Assembly (NCBI GenBank): GCA_030668875.1 | Contig: DAOVER010000004.1 | Span: 15,626 to 79,625 of the forward strand | DNA length: 64,000 nucleotides | Source of the DNA: Candidatus Heimdallarchaeota archaeon | GTDB taxonomy: Archaea > Asgardarchaeota > Heimdallarchaeia > Heimdallarchaeales > Heimdallarchaeaceae | Direction: 5' to 3' | Shown here: piece after piece, positions 1 through 9,430 of the stretch | Position numbering within the stretch: position 1 is the first letter of the stretch | Layout of the letters: every line of letters starts with the position of its first letter | Translations under genes and position numbers: made by a program | The notes under the pieces: model-generated | Database searches by the model: none | What the model saw: only the letters and a program-made list of their open reading frames with translations | Told to the model about the DNA's origin: nothing

Positions 1-542
1 ACATCTTGTGCTATACCGGTTGTTTCGTAACTTCCTTCTAGTGTTGGATTTGTTACATCTGTCACATTCAAAATTGTTAGTCCTGTATCGGCATCTGTAA
101 CGTATGCATAACCATCTTTTACGTATACTTCATTACCTCCTCCTGTGAGATTGTAATATCCTGCCAATGTTGGACTTGATGCTATAGTAACATTCACAAT
201 CAATAATCCGGTAATTGAGTCTGTTACATAGGCGTACCCATCTTCAACATGTACTCCTTTGCTGTCTCCTGCAGTAGTATATGTCCCTGTCAGACTAGGG
301 GAAGTTGGGTTGGATGCGTTAAAAACAAGCATTCCTGCATTCACATCAGCTACATAAATCATACCGTTTTTATAAAAAACATCATTTGCTCCGCCCGCAA
401 TACTGTAGTGAGACGAGGCAATTATTGGTTCTGGTTCTATAGTTGTTGAATCAAATGAAATATGATATAACGGTACAAAGGCTGCCGTAAATAATAGGAT
501 AGCTCCGACAACTTTAAGTGAAATAGCTACACTTTTATCCAT
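1..542 (-). CDS. Secreted LVIVD-repeat (beta-propeller) protein, N-terminal part; gene continues beyond the window start
   Basis: Hand translation of the minus strand from the ATG at 542: MDKSVAISLKVVGAILLFTAAFVPLYH (signal anchor), then repeated DGYAYVTD-GLxIxNVT units typical of LVIVD repeats. Not in the ORF track because it is truncated at the window edge. Confidence 0.7.
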   Translation of the reverse strand, partial: MDKSVAISLKVVGAILLFTAAFVPLYHISFDSTTIEPEPIIASSHYSIAGGANDVFYKNGMIYVADVNAGMLVFNASNPTSPSLTGTYTTAGDSKGVHVEDGYAYVTDSITGLLIVNVTIASSPTLAGYYNLTGGGNEVYVKDGYAYVTDADTGLTILNVTDVTNPTLEGSYETTGIAQD

Positions 543-890
543 AATGAATCACTCGAGTGTGTATGAACAGATTACCTATTCGTTGTTTAACTCTCACTGA
601 AGTTTTTATAAATGTTGTCGCAATTTAGATGAATCAATACAACCATTAGAATAAATTTTGTAGAAGAATGAAAATAAATATCTTTAGACAATGCTATTTT
701 AAGTCTTGAGTCAATGAGACAGAAAAGTTCAATGTTTTTATTTAAACAAAAGATAATTTATTGCAAAAAAATTATTTTTTGATTCATCATCAAAAATGAG
801 CAGATTTTAACGAACTATCTGAAGTAGATTGCTAACAAAAAACATTTAAAGAAAGTAAGACTGAAAAGAACGAGCTAAAACATTACCAAA

Positions 891-965
891 GGGGTGGTGA
901 TCTAGCTCGGTTATGATATCTCCTTGACGTGGAGAAAGTCGGCGGTTCGAATCCGCCCCACCCCA
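891..965 (+). tRNA. tRNA-Val (anticodon GAC); genomically encoded CCA at 966-968
   Basis: Cloverleaf: acceptor GGGGTGG/CCACCCC; U8, A14, GG18-19; anticodon stem TCTCC/GGAGA with loop TTGACGT (U33, GAC); T-arm GGCGG-TTCGAAT-CCGCC; discriminator A, then CCA. Confidence 0.85.
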
Positions 966-1215
966 CCACCATTTCTATGTTTTTCTTTACTCAAATAATT
1001 CCTTTACACTAAGATATCTTTGTCCTGTATCAGCTAATGCCGTCACAATGACTTTGTTTATATTTTCTTTCCTTTTGGCTATTTATTCTACAGTTTTACA
1101 CGTTACGCCAGAAGATATTGATTTTGGCAAAACAGACCTCTTGATTTTATCTGCTAAATTTCAGCATACTAAAGGGTTTAATATTTGAGCATATTATAAA
1201 TGTAAACAAGTAATA

Positions 1216-1222
1216 GGTGAGG
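1216..1222 (+). promoter_or_regulatory. Shine-Dalgarno site (GGTGAGG) 3 nt upstream of the ATG at 1225
   Basis: Complementary to the archaeal/bacterial 16S rRNA 3' end; similar GGAGG/GGTGA motifs precede many starts in the window. Confidence 0.5.
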
Positions 1223-1224
1223 AA

Positions 1225-2178
1225 ATGGATTTCGTAAAGGAGGCTAAAAAAGCTGAAAAAAGGATTCGCAGCTATATTAGGAAAACTCCGTTAGAATATT
1301 CTCCGTTCTTAAGTAAAGAAGGCAAGAACAAAACCTACCTAAAGTTAGAAAATTTACAGCTCACTGGTTCATTTAAAATCCGTGGAGCTATAAATAAAAT
1401 ATTATCTCTCACGTTAGAAGATAGAGAAAAAGGGGTTATAACTTCGTCTTCTGGGAACCATGGTGCAGCTTTTGCTTATATTGCAGAAAAACTTGCTATT
1501 GATGGGACAATCTATCTACCTAAAAATGCTTCAAAAGCTAAAATTGCTTCACTTAAGAGCTATGGGGTCAATCTAGAATTTTATGGCTATGATTGTGTTC
1601 AAACTGAAACTCATGCGAGAAATCTCTCTCTAGAACAGGGAGTGGTTTTTGTTTCACCTTATAATGATTCTGAAATTATTGCTGGTCAAGCTACAATTGG
1701 AATAGAACTTCTTGAGCAATTGGCGGATACAGATGTTGTTCTTGTACCTGTTGGTGGAGGAGGTTTGATATCCGGAATTGCTGGTTATTTAAAATCCGTT
1801 AACAAGAATATTGAAGTGATTGGATGCCAACCCATTAATTCAGCTATTATGAATGAATCTATAAAACAAGGGAAAATTGTTACTATTGAATCATTAGACA
1901 CAATATCAGATGGAACAGCTGGAGGAATTGAAGAGAACTCCATCACATTTAATTTTTGTAAGAAGTATGTAGATGATTTCATCCTTGTTTCAGAATTAGA
2001 AATAAAAGAATCAATCAGGTTGGTGCTACAGCACCACCATATGTTAATAGAGGGAGCAGCCGCATTGACTGTTTCTTCCTACCTCAAAAACAAGAGTAAA
2101 TTTAAAGGAAAAAACGTGGTTTTAGTTATTAGTGGTGCGAAAATTAGCTTAGAGAAACTGAAGGAAATACTATGTTAA
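1225..2178 (+). CDS. PLP-dependent threonine/serine dehydratase (IlvA/TdcB family)
   Basis: SFKIRGA lysine motif; GNHG and glycine-rich GGGGL motifs of the fold-type II PLP enzyme family; 317 aa. Confidence 0.7.
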   Translation: MDFVKEAKKAEKRIRSYIRKTPLEYSPFLSKEGKNKTYLKLENLQLTGSFKIRGAINKILSLTLEDREKGVITSSSGNHGAAFAYIAEKLAIDGTIYLPKNASKAKIASLKSYGVNLEFYGYDCVQTETHARNLSLEQGVVFVSPYNDSEIIAGQATIGIELLEQLADTDVVLVPVGGGGLISGIAGYLKSVNKNIEVIGCQPINSAIMNESIKQGKIVTIESLDTISDGTAGGIEENSITFNFCKKYVDDFILVSELEIKESIRLVLQHHHMLIEGAAALTVSSYLKNKSKFKGKNVVLVISGAKISLEKLKEILC

Positions 2179-2187
2179 TCTAAAGTT

Positions 2188-2709
2188 TTAGTATTCATGG
2201 ATTTTAGTTAACTTTAGTTCTTCTTTATTCTGTACCATCTCTATCTCAATTACCTTAGTTTTCTTTTCCTTAAGTAAGAGTTCTGATATCATGTAATAGT
2301 CAGAAGGAACAATTTGATCTTTCATTGAGTTAATGTCCTTTAAAGTAAACCATTTCAACTCTCCTTCGTCTGTTGGAGATAACTTTCCTTCTTCTGTACT
2401 CACTTGACACACAATGATTATAAAATGCCGAACATTGCTTTCTTTGTCTACTTCTATCAATCTTTCATTTAATGTTCCTTTAATTCCTTCCCACTTAACT
2501 TCTAATCCTGTCTCTTCAAATATTTCTCGTAAGATGGCTTCTTTTAGTTCTTCATTCTTTTCTAATTTACCACCAACTAAAGCCCACTTCTTCTGATAGT
2601 CTCCTTTGCTGCGATTAATCAACAACCATTTTTCTCCCCATCTGATTCCTGCTACAACAATATTTAGGATATTGTTTTTCATCTTGATAAGGAGAGAAAA
2701 TAACATCAA
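2188..2709 (-). CDS. NUDIX hydrolase
   Basis: Nudix box GGKLEKNEELKEAILREIFEETGL (GX5EX7REUXEEXGU). The true start may be the internal Met (MKNNILNIV) at about 2682. Confidence 0.7.
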   Translation of the reverse strand: MMLFSLLIKMKNNILNIVVAGIRWGEKWLLINRSKGDYQKKWALVGGKLEKNEELKEAILREIFEETGLEVKWEGIKGTLNERLIEVDKESNVRHFIIIVCQVSTEEGKLSPTDEGELKWFTLKDINSMKDQIVPSDYYMISELLLKEKKTKVIEIEMVQNKEELKLTKIHEY

Positions 2710-2775
2710 AAACTTTTTCCTTCAGATTCATAAAACATTTAAAGATTCATATTCCAAATTCTTTAGCGAAGCCCA

Positions 2776-3369
2776 ATGACTAACTTCATCCAACGAACAT
2801 CTCAGACTATTCGCAGAAAGCTTGGCTATCCTGAAACATCGCTATTGGTTATGGGAAACAATCTTCCCGCGACACGTAACCGTGTTTTGCTTATGCGCTC
2901 TAATACTTCTTTAAATGAATTTATCATTGACAGCTGTTTGAATGAGCTTCCATATACTGAAAAACTAAAGTTCAAACCTAAACAATTTATCCCTTTCGAA
3001 GGTATTCTCTATCTTATAGATGCAACGAAAGAAGAAATGATTAAACATGAACGCAACTATTTCTGGGAAAAAATTATTTGGGATGAGGAAGTAGAAGATC
3101 TTCCTATAGCTGTCTGCGCTTACAACACTGATTTACAAGGAGCTTTGACTAGAGGAGAATTAATAGAAAACATGTCTCTCATACGCTTAACAGATCGTAT
3201 ATGGAACCTTTTTGAGGTTCCAGATGTGGATTCATTAATTGAATCTCTAAAATGGATGAAAAAGGTAATCCATATGGGTTACATAAAACCTTGGGTAGAA
3301 AAAGAAAAATTGTTAGAAAAAATACAACCTATTAAGGTTCAATTTCCTTCAGAAGAAGAAAATAATTAA
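2776..3369 (+). CDS. Ras-superfamily-like protein with degenerate G motifs (possible pseudo-GTPase); first gene of the cluster
   Basis: Layout resembles small GTPases: LLVMGNNLPATRN in the G1 position (no GKS/T), LYLIDATKEE in the G3 position (DTAGQE-like), VCAYNTDL in the G4 (NKxD) position. Lies 19 nt upstream of the next gene, which has its own SD. Confidence 0.35.
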   Translation: MTNFIQRTSQTIRRKLGYPETSLLVMGNNLPATRNRVLLMRSNTSLNEFIIDSCLNELPYTEKLKFKPKQFIPFEGILYLIDATKEEMIKHERNYFWEKIIWDEEVEDLPIAVCAYNTDLQGALTRGELIENMSLIRLTDRIWNLFEVPDVDSLIESLKWMKKVIHMGYIKPWVEKEKLLEKIQPIKVQFPSEEENN

Positions 3370-3388
3370 TAAATAAGAGGAATATACA

Positions 3389-4936
3389 ATGACAATTTCA
3401 ATTGAAAATATAATGAAGGATGGTTATTCTGGTTATTCCGTTCGTTCTATATTAATGAATCCAGAATTCCGTGATAGAGTTTCTAAAGACGTTACTGTTC
3501 GTGGTAATGAAGTTGGAAAAAAACTTGTTATGGATAAATTAGCTGTTGGTGGTAAAGTCCTAATTACAGGTCCAACAGGTGAAGCCAAAACTCTTTTTGC
3601 AAGAGTATTGCTTGACCACATTGTTAGAGAAATTAACAATTACAAATACCATATCGGCGGTTGTCCATTCTTAGAAGATGCCGGATACATTGTAGATATC
3701 ATCAATAACTTTCCATCAAATCCTTTTGCTGGAATTAGAGTTATGCAATCTCTATGTCCGTATTGTAGACAAAAAATCGAAGGTGTTTTATCTGATGGAA
3801 ACAGTTCTGTACAACTAGACAATACAAATAGCATACTTGAAATTTCTCCAAAAGAAGTAGTAAGTAGGTTAGGAAAACTCGATGCTACAAAAACACTAGT
3901 CAGAAGATCACAACTTGATCCAAGAAACGATCCTGAAAGTCTCTATATGCTACTTGCAGGTGTCGAAAACTTAGAAGAACTGTTTGGCAAAGAAACTCAA
4001 ACTACTTATGCCGCCACCTCACACAAGGTAGGTGTTCTTTCCCACGGTATATTAGTTGTGAATGAAATTCAGAGGCTCCCATTAACACTATTAGAATCAT
4101 TGATGGGTTTTCTTGAAGAACCAATGGGTATTAAATACAACATCCAAGGAGAACCAGTTTACATAGATGGTGCCGTAATCTTTACATCTAATGCACCACT
4201 GACAGTCTTTGGAGAAGAAAGTCAACCTATTATCAATCGTATTCCTGAAGTACTATGGCCCGCACGTTCTGTTGAAAGCAGAGAACAAATTATACGTGAT
4301 ATGTTTGAAGAACAGATTGTTCTATCACGAAAGAAAATCACAGCAAATCCTTCTATTATACAATTGCATGAATTGGAAAAAGGTTCTACAGATTTTGTTA
4401 GCAGACTTGCAGTAGATTTTCTTGCATATCTTGGAAATAATTCCTTACCTGCTAACCTAAAATCAAAGGGCATTCGTTCAGAAAGTCGTATGGCACGTAC
4501 CGATTTCTATTCTGGTCTTGATGAAATCCATGATCCACAAAGAAATCCTCACATAGATTTACGTACTATGAACAATATCATTGGTGAGACAGTGCTTTTA
4601 CAAGCTAGAGAAACAGCTACGGATGCCAATGTTATAACTCTGGAAAAGCTACGAAGTACAATGAATGCTTACGATATACCTGTTTCGATGCTCAATGATG
4701 CTCTTCAACAGATAAAGATTCTTTTGAGAACATCAATAAAAGAATCAGAAGTTTCTATAAGTGTTCAAGATATCTCTGAAGATATTTCAAAGATGAAAGC
4801 ACTAAGTGATAATGAACTAGCAGATCTGATTGTAAAGTTTGAAGGTTTAGATAAGTACAAAGACAAAATCCGAACAACAATAATTGAGAGTCTTAGACCA
4901 TCTTACGAGCAATTGTTAAGAGTAGATTACATCTAG
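3389..4936 (+). CDS. MoxR/ChlI-type AAA+ ATPase with a Cys-rich insertion and a C-terminal extension
   Basis: Walker A GPTGEAKT (MoxR-style GxPGxAKT); Walker B-like ILVVNEIQRL (Asn in place of Asp); sensor region VIFTSNAP; insertion HIGGCPF...CPYCRQ suggests a zinc-binding element. Confidence 0.6.
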   Translation: MTISIENIMKDGYSGYSVRSILMNPEFRDRVSKDVTVRGNEVGKKLVMDKLAVGGKVLITGPTGEAKTLFARVLLDHIVREINNYKYHIGGCPFLEDAGYIVDIINNFPSNPFAGIRVMQSLCPYCRQKIEGVLSDGNSSVQLDNTNSILEISPKEVVSRLGKLDATKTLVRRSQLDPRNDPESLYMLLAGVENLEELFGKETQTTYAATSHKVGVLSHGILVVNEIQRLPLTLLESLMGFLEEPMGIKYNIQGEPVYIDGAVIFTSNAPLTVFGEESQPIINRIPEVLWPARSVESREQIIRDMFEEQIVLSRKKITANPSIIQLHELEKGSTDFVSRLAVDFLAYLGNNSLPANLKSKGIRSESRMARTDFYSGLDEIHDPQRNPHIDLRTMNNIIGETVLLQARETATDANVITLEKLRSTMNAYDIPVSMLNDALQQIKILLRTSIKESEVSISVQDISEDISKMKALSDNELADLIVKFEGLDKYKDKIRTTIIESLRPSYEQLLRVDYI

Positions 4937-4949
4937 ACCGGCATAATTA

Positions 4950-6356
4950 GTGCCCAATGGAGATAATAGCATGCCCCATAGAATAAATTTCATAACAGCA
5001 GAAGAATTCACTGACCCTATTCAAGCATATGGAGACGTTGAATTCATCTTAGATTTTGAAGATGCTGCTCAAGTACTTAGGTTATGGCGTAATCCACATT
5101 TAGGAAGAAGTTCTCGTGAAGGAGCAGTTCTTTCTCTTGCTGCAAAAAATGCTGTGGCAATGGAGAATATTGTTCAAAAGATAATGACAACTTATTTGAC
5201 TGCTAACGAAGAAGAACGTTTACTAAACGAACTCAAAATCCTGCGGTTTATGGGTGATAGGATTCTCCCTGATGTATTGGAAAGAGTAAATCGCAATGAG
5301 CTTCAAACTCTGGAAGAAATTCTTAAGTACATACAAGATCTTCTTCGTAATCTTAAATACGAAGGATCAGTTGATTTAGACCAGCTGGCAGAAAAGCTCA
5401 ATCAACTGCAAGAGATAATTGATATTGAAATAACAGATGCTTTTGGTAGAAAGAAACGTATATCTAGAGAAAGTGTTATGGATTTACTTGGAAAAATCCT
5501 CGGGCGTTTTCTTTTAAAACAAATATCCGTGGCACCAATCGACGAAGTGCAGAAGAGACCTAGGGGCACTATCAGACTTAAAGAGACTTATAAGAGTGCA
5601 ATTTTGAGTTCTCAAAATATACCGCCAACTTCTGTTAAACAAGAAGACATAATTCGGGTGAAAAAAGATAGACGATCACTTGTGTATCTAATTGTGGACA
5701 TGAGTCAATCTATGAAAAAAGCTGTTTTTGAAGGTAAAATGTCAAGGCTAGATGGGGCACTCTTAACTAGTTTAAGTTTATACTATTACTTCAAAATAAT
5801 GAATCGTCGAAAAAGGAAAAGATTTGACATGTTTAAACTTGCCGTAGTTCCAGTTAGAAAGAACCCAACTGTCGTTGATGATGATAGTAAAATGGAAAAC
5901 TACCTTCTAACAGCTGACGCAAAGGGTAAGACTTACATGGTTCAAGCTATTCAGACCGCCATTGAACACGCAAAAAAGCAACGTGTGGATAAGGATATTG
6001 ATGTGTACTTCACAATAGTTACAGACGGTATGCCCAATGTTCCAACTTTTCCATATGATTATCGAAAAAATGAGGAGTTGCAGAAATACTTCTCTGAAAT
6101 TCAAACCAAAACGAAACCAGAAACAATAGATTGTTTGATTCAACTCAATGGGATTTTCAAACATCTTAAAAATGATAGAACAAGAAACTGGAACATCTCC
6201 TATTTCCTTATGGGGACTGAATCTCTACGTAATAAGGAGTTGTTCATTCACACAAAACAGATGTTGAAAGGTATAACACGACCCATTCTTATCGATCCTG
6301 CTCAGATAAAGAAACTGGGAGAACAAATTTTAAGGGAGAGTATGATGCATGCTTAA
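4950..6356 (+). CDS. von Willebrand factor A (VWA) domain protein with a MIDAS motif; MoxR partner
   Basis: LVYLIVDMSQSM (DxSxS MIDAS), downstream TDG motif (IVTDGMPN); helical N-terminal region; starts 14 nt after the AAA+ gene. Confidence 0.6.
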   Translation: MPNGDNSMPHRINFITAEEFTDPIQAYGDVEFILDFEDAAQVLRLWRNPHLGRSSREGAVLSLAAKNAVAMENIVQKIMTTYLTANEEERLLNELKILRFMGDRILPDVLERVNRNELQTLEEILKYIQDLLRNLKYEGSVDLDQLAEKLNQLQEIIDIEITDAFGRKKRISRESVMDLLGKILGRFLLKQISVAPIDEVQKRPRGTIRLKETYKSAILSSQNIPPTSVKQEDIIRVKKDRRSLVYLIVDMSQSMKKAVFEGKMSRLDGALLTSLSLYYYFKIMNRRKRKRFDMFKLAVVPVRKNPTVVDDDSKMENYLLTADAKGKTYMVQAIQTAIEHAKKQRVDKDIDVYFTIVTDGMPNVPTFPYDYRKNEELQKYFSEIQTKTKPETIDCLIQLNGIFKHLKNDRTRNWNISYFLMGTESLRNKELFIHTKQMLKGITRPILIDPAQIKKLGEQILRESMMHA

Positions 6357-7929
6357 AACCAAAACTGAATTTGATGAGATAGTCCGAGTTTATAATTTAG
6401 CAAGAGAAGATTTCAAAGCTCTTGTAGGCGAAACTCCTGAAAACTATCGTGTGTTGCTTTTTGTTGACCCAGATCTACACGTTTCGGTAAATAGAGTTGT
6501 AGAAATAACTGGCACTCCACAAGCTATTTTGACAGCTGAACAAATAACTCATCTGAAGTCTGCTCGTATAAACGATTTCTTGCCAGTTGGAAAAGAGACA
6601 GTCTATAATTCTCTCCCTACTTTGATTTATCTATCAGCCCCTTCATATGAACTTAACAAGGAACAGGAATTTACTCTTAGAGTAATGTTCATTCATGCTT
6701 TTGCTCATGCTTACATGAATGAAAAAACTGAGTCAAACTCAGCACGAACACTCTCCAGACTTTATCAGATAGACACTGTTTTGAAGGAACTAATGACAAA
6801 TAATGTTTTTCAGCTAAACAAAGAATCATCCGATGGGCATTCTTGGGCATGGCAATATTTCCAAGATTTAATTGGTGTAATTCGATTGTTCACCGAAGCT
6901 GGTGTAGAAGATTTTTACATTCCTCCTGAAATTGCTCGAAAATACACTCTATTCAATAATTTTTCAATTGAAGCTATTAACTATTTGTCAGAAAGAGCAA
7001 AAGTATCAAGGAAAAAACATCTTCACGAACTAATTGACGAAGGTTTTGCACATTATGTTCAAGCTAAAGGTATTGAATATCTTATAAAATCAGGAGATTA
7101 TGAGTTCAAGAAAAGTGATGAGGATAAAGAACCAAAATTACCTAATGAGTTGAAAGCATTTTTAGCTCCTCCCATTGGTGAATTTAGTTTAGCTGTAATG
7201 AGAAGGCTTGAAACAAAAGTTGAAAATGAAAAAGAGCTATTCAGCAAACTTTTCAGTTATAAATCAGATATTGATTTGTTGGAAGAATTTACTTGGGATG
7301 AAGTAAAGGATTTGCTTGCTGTAAATAAGAATCTGCATTCAGAAGGTGTTGTTGAGAAATGGCACTCTACACGAAGTAGGTGGACAGATATCTGGTCTGT
7401 TTATGCATATGGTTGGAAAATTGTTGAAGAATATACTAGAAAAGTATACAGAAAGAAGTTTTCAACTTTTGGTCAACTACAGGATGAAAAACCAAGAATA
7501 GAATCCAAAGGCTATGTTAAGGTTGATCAAAGAAAAGTGTATGTTTTTGAAGTTAATGACTATGGAATAGGAATAGATCAACTCATTATACTTCATAATC
7601 ACATGGCGCTGTATAGGGATGATTTTAAGACAATTCTTCCTGCATTTGCTGATGTAATTGTATTCAAGAAAATCGGTGGAATTCACGTTTCAACACTATT
7701 TGCTGTGCATAAAACAAAACACCAACCTCTATCTCCATATAATTTGCCGGTTGTAACCAGAGCTGTTCAAGTTACTAAACGAAAAGATGCTTACAAATTT
7801 GATTTAGATGAAGAATCTGAAGATAAGATCGATGTGAGCAATGTTGATTATACCTATTTACGCAAATTGACCCAACCTCAAAGAGGAGCAATTGCGTATT
7901 TAATAAAAGAAGGATTGTTTGAATTATGA
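6349..7929 (+). CDS. Hypothetical 526-aa protein, third gene of the MoxR-VWA cluster
   Basis: Overlaps the VWA gene by 8 nt (translational coupling). No recognizable domain. Contains FIHAFAHAY, an HxxxH motif that is not a canonical HExxH. Confidence 0.4.
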   Translation: MLKTKTEFDEIVRVYNLAREDFKALVGETPENYRVLLFVDPDLHVSVNRVVEITGTPQAILTAEQITHLKSARINDFLPVGKETVYNSLPTLIYLSAPSYELNKEQEFTLRVMFIHAFAHAYMNEKTESNSARTLSRLYQIDTVLKELMTNNVFQLNKESSDGHSWAWQYFQDLIGVIRLFTEAGVEDFYIPPEIARKYTLFNNFSIEAINYLSERAKVSRKKHLHELIDEGFAHYVQAKGIEYLIKSGDYEFKKSDEDKEPKLPNELKAFLAPPIGEFSLAVMRRLETKVENEKELFSKLFSYKSDIDLLEEFTWDEVKDLLAVNKNLHSEGVVEKWHSTRSRWTDIWSVYAYGWKIVEEYTRKVYRKKFSTFGQLQDEKPRIESKGYVKVDQRKVYVFEVNDYGIGIDQLIILHNHMALYRDDFKTILPAFADVIVFKKIGGIHVSTLFAVHKTKHQPLSPYNLPVVTRAVQVTKRKDAYKFDLDEESEDKIDVSNVDYTYLRKLTQPQRGAIAYLIKEGLFEL

Positions 7930-8699
7930 GTATTGCGAATTTTCTTAATGGATTAGGTATGGGTAGAAAATTACATAGTGAGAACCCACTTGACCGAGCT
8001 CACTTTGCTTTGTTTCAACAGATCAAGGGAAAGGCAAAAACAGTGAGAAAACTGCTTCCACTCCTAGAAGATTCGGAATGGAATGTGAGAAACTCAGCTT
8101 CTTCTTCTATACTATTTCTTGTTTCAAAATACCCAGAATCAAAGAAAGAGGTTCTATCTCACTTACATAGTTTTGTTGAAAAAAGTTCCTTATCTGTCAA
8201 ACTATCAATATTAGAAGTATTGGGGAAACTAAAACATTATGATTCTAAACCCTATCTCATTAAAATGCTTGAAGAAAGTGGTTATGATCTGCAATATGCA
8301 ACTATAAGAGCAATTGGATACTTAGATGATGTAGATGTTTTATATCCGCTCAAAAATGTTGTATATGCCCGTGATTACATTACAAAACGAGCAGCTATTC
8401 TATCAGTAATTAGAATTACATCTTCTGTTAAAGAAGAAGAGATTATCAAGAAACTAACTCCACATATTCATCTGATAATTGAATCCTATCTAGAATTGAA
8501 CAAATTAGATGAAGTTGTAACCAAAATATTAGATTATGGTGATCCTGAATCATTCCCAGATATGAAAGGGTATACTGAATCCGAAATAGTAAAACTAGAA
8601 TCTCTTATTGAGACAAAAGATTATAGTGTAGAAATGTATCAAAATTTCGCTAAGTTAATTTATCCTACATACTTCCCTATAGCAGAAAATGTAAAGTAA
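7926..8699 (+). CDS. HEAT-repeat (PBS-lyase-like) protein, fourth gene of the cluster
   Basis: Repeated ~30-aa helical units (EWNVRNSA..., SVKLSILEVLGKL, LQYATIRAIGYL, ITKRAAILSVIRI). 4-nt ATGA overlap with the upstream gene. Confidence 0.5.
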   Translation: MSIANFLNGLGMGRKLHSENPLDRAHFALFQQIKGKAKTVRKLLPLLEDSEWNVRNSASSSILFLVSKYPESKKEVLSHLHSFVEKSSLSVKLSILEVLGKLKHYDSKPYLIKMLEESGYDLQYATIRAIGYLDDVDVLYPLKNVVYARDYITKRAAILSVIRITSSVKEEEIIKKLTPHIHLIIESYLELNKLDEVVTKILDYGDPESFPDMKGYTESEIVKLESLIETKDYSVEMYQNFAKLIYPTYFPIAENVK

Positions 8700-8707
8700 A
8701 GGTTGAA

Positions 8708-8968
8708 TTAAGCTTCAAACTTATTGATACAATATTCAACGAACTCTTTTTTTACTCCTTTTGTTACTTCTTCATTCTTCCACTTTTCACGTATAAACTC
8801 TCTCACCTCTTCAGGGCAAAGATGATAACAAGTTGTAACAAGAGCGTATCCCATCATTCTGTTGCGAATCGTTTGAGAATCTAAGAGATTTAACGCTCTT
8901 CCAAGATGAGGATAGTTTTTTTGTAATTCTATTGAATTTCTTTTCTTTTCTTCTCCTATGGTGATCAT
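8708..8968 (-). CDS. Hypothetical small protein (86 aa)
   Basis: ORF only; no recognizable motif. Confidence 0.3.
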   Translation of the reverse strand: MITIGEEKKRNSIELQKNYPHLGRALNLLDSQTIRNRMMGYALVTTCYHLCPEEVREFIREKWKNEEVTKGVKKEFVEYCINKFEA

Positions 8969-9053
8969 GTTCTCCCGTTAATGTAGAGGGTTTTTGCTAT
9001 AAAAACAACAAATAACTTAGATGAAGTGAGACTATTTCTTGCGAAGTTTCAAA

Positions 9054-9257
9054 TCATCTTACGCTTCTTATTTTATCCTTAACTTCATATATGGCACAGA
9101 TTCTGCTCATCCCCTTATCCTCGTGGGAAAGTTTATACCAAGCAAGAATTTTACCTTCTGGTGCTTCAATCTCTTTAAAAACTGACTTGAGATAGTTTAG
9201 AACACCTTCTGTTTCGAGTTCTTCTTCAGGAACATCGAAATAGTTGAAGAATTTCAT
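9054..9257 (-). CDS. Hypothetical small protein (67 aa)
   Basis: ORF only. Confidence 0.3.
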   Translation of the reverse strand: MKFFNYFDVPEEELETEGVLNYLKSVFKEIEAPEGKILAWYKLSHEDKGMSRICAIYEVKDKIRSVR

Positions 9258-9430
9258 AGAATCCGATTCCGTTTTATGCTTCTTAAAAACAAGTATTACA
9301 AGAATGATACACTCTATCTTTTTTTAGCAATTTCCCATCCAGCAAAAACAAACGTATCTAGGTTTATTAAGTGAAAACTGTCTATCAGATAAGCATACTT
9401 TTTAACTTTAAGAAGATAGGAGAAATAACA

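Noticed and set aside
249-449. 66-aa plus-strand ORF
   Set aside because: It lies antisense within the clearly coding minus-strand LVIVD-repeat gene (1-542). Its Cys-rich, low-complexity translation is typical of a shadow ORF.
966-1224. Non-coding stretch 3' of tRNA-Val examined as a possible integrative-element junction
   Set aside because: No integrase, no direct repeat of the tRNA 3' end, and the flanking genes are ordinary metabolic genes. It is most likely just promoter and leader for the dehydratase gene.
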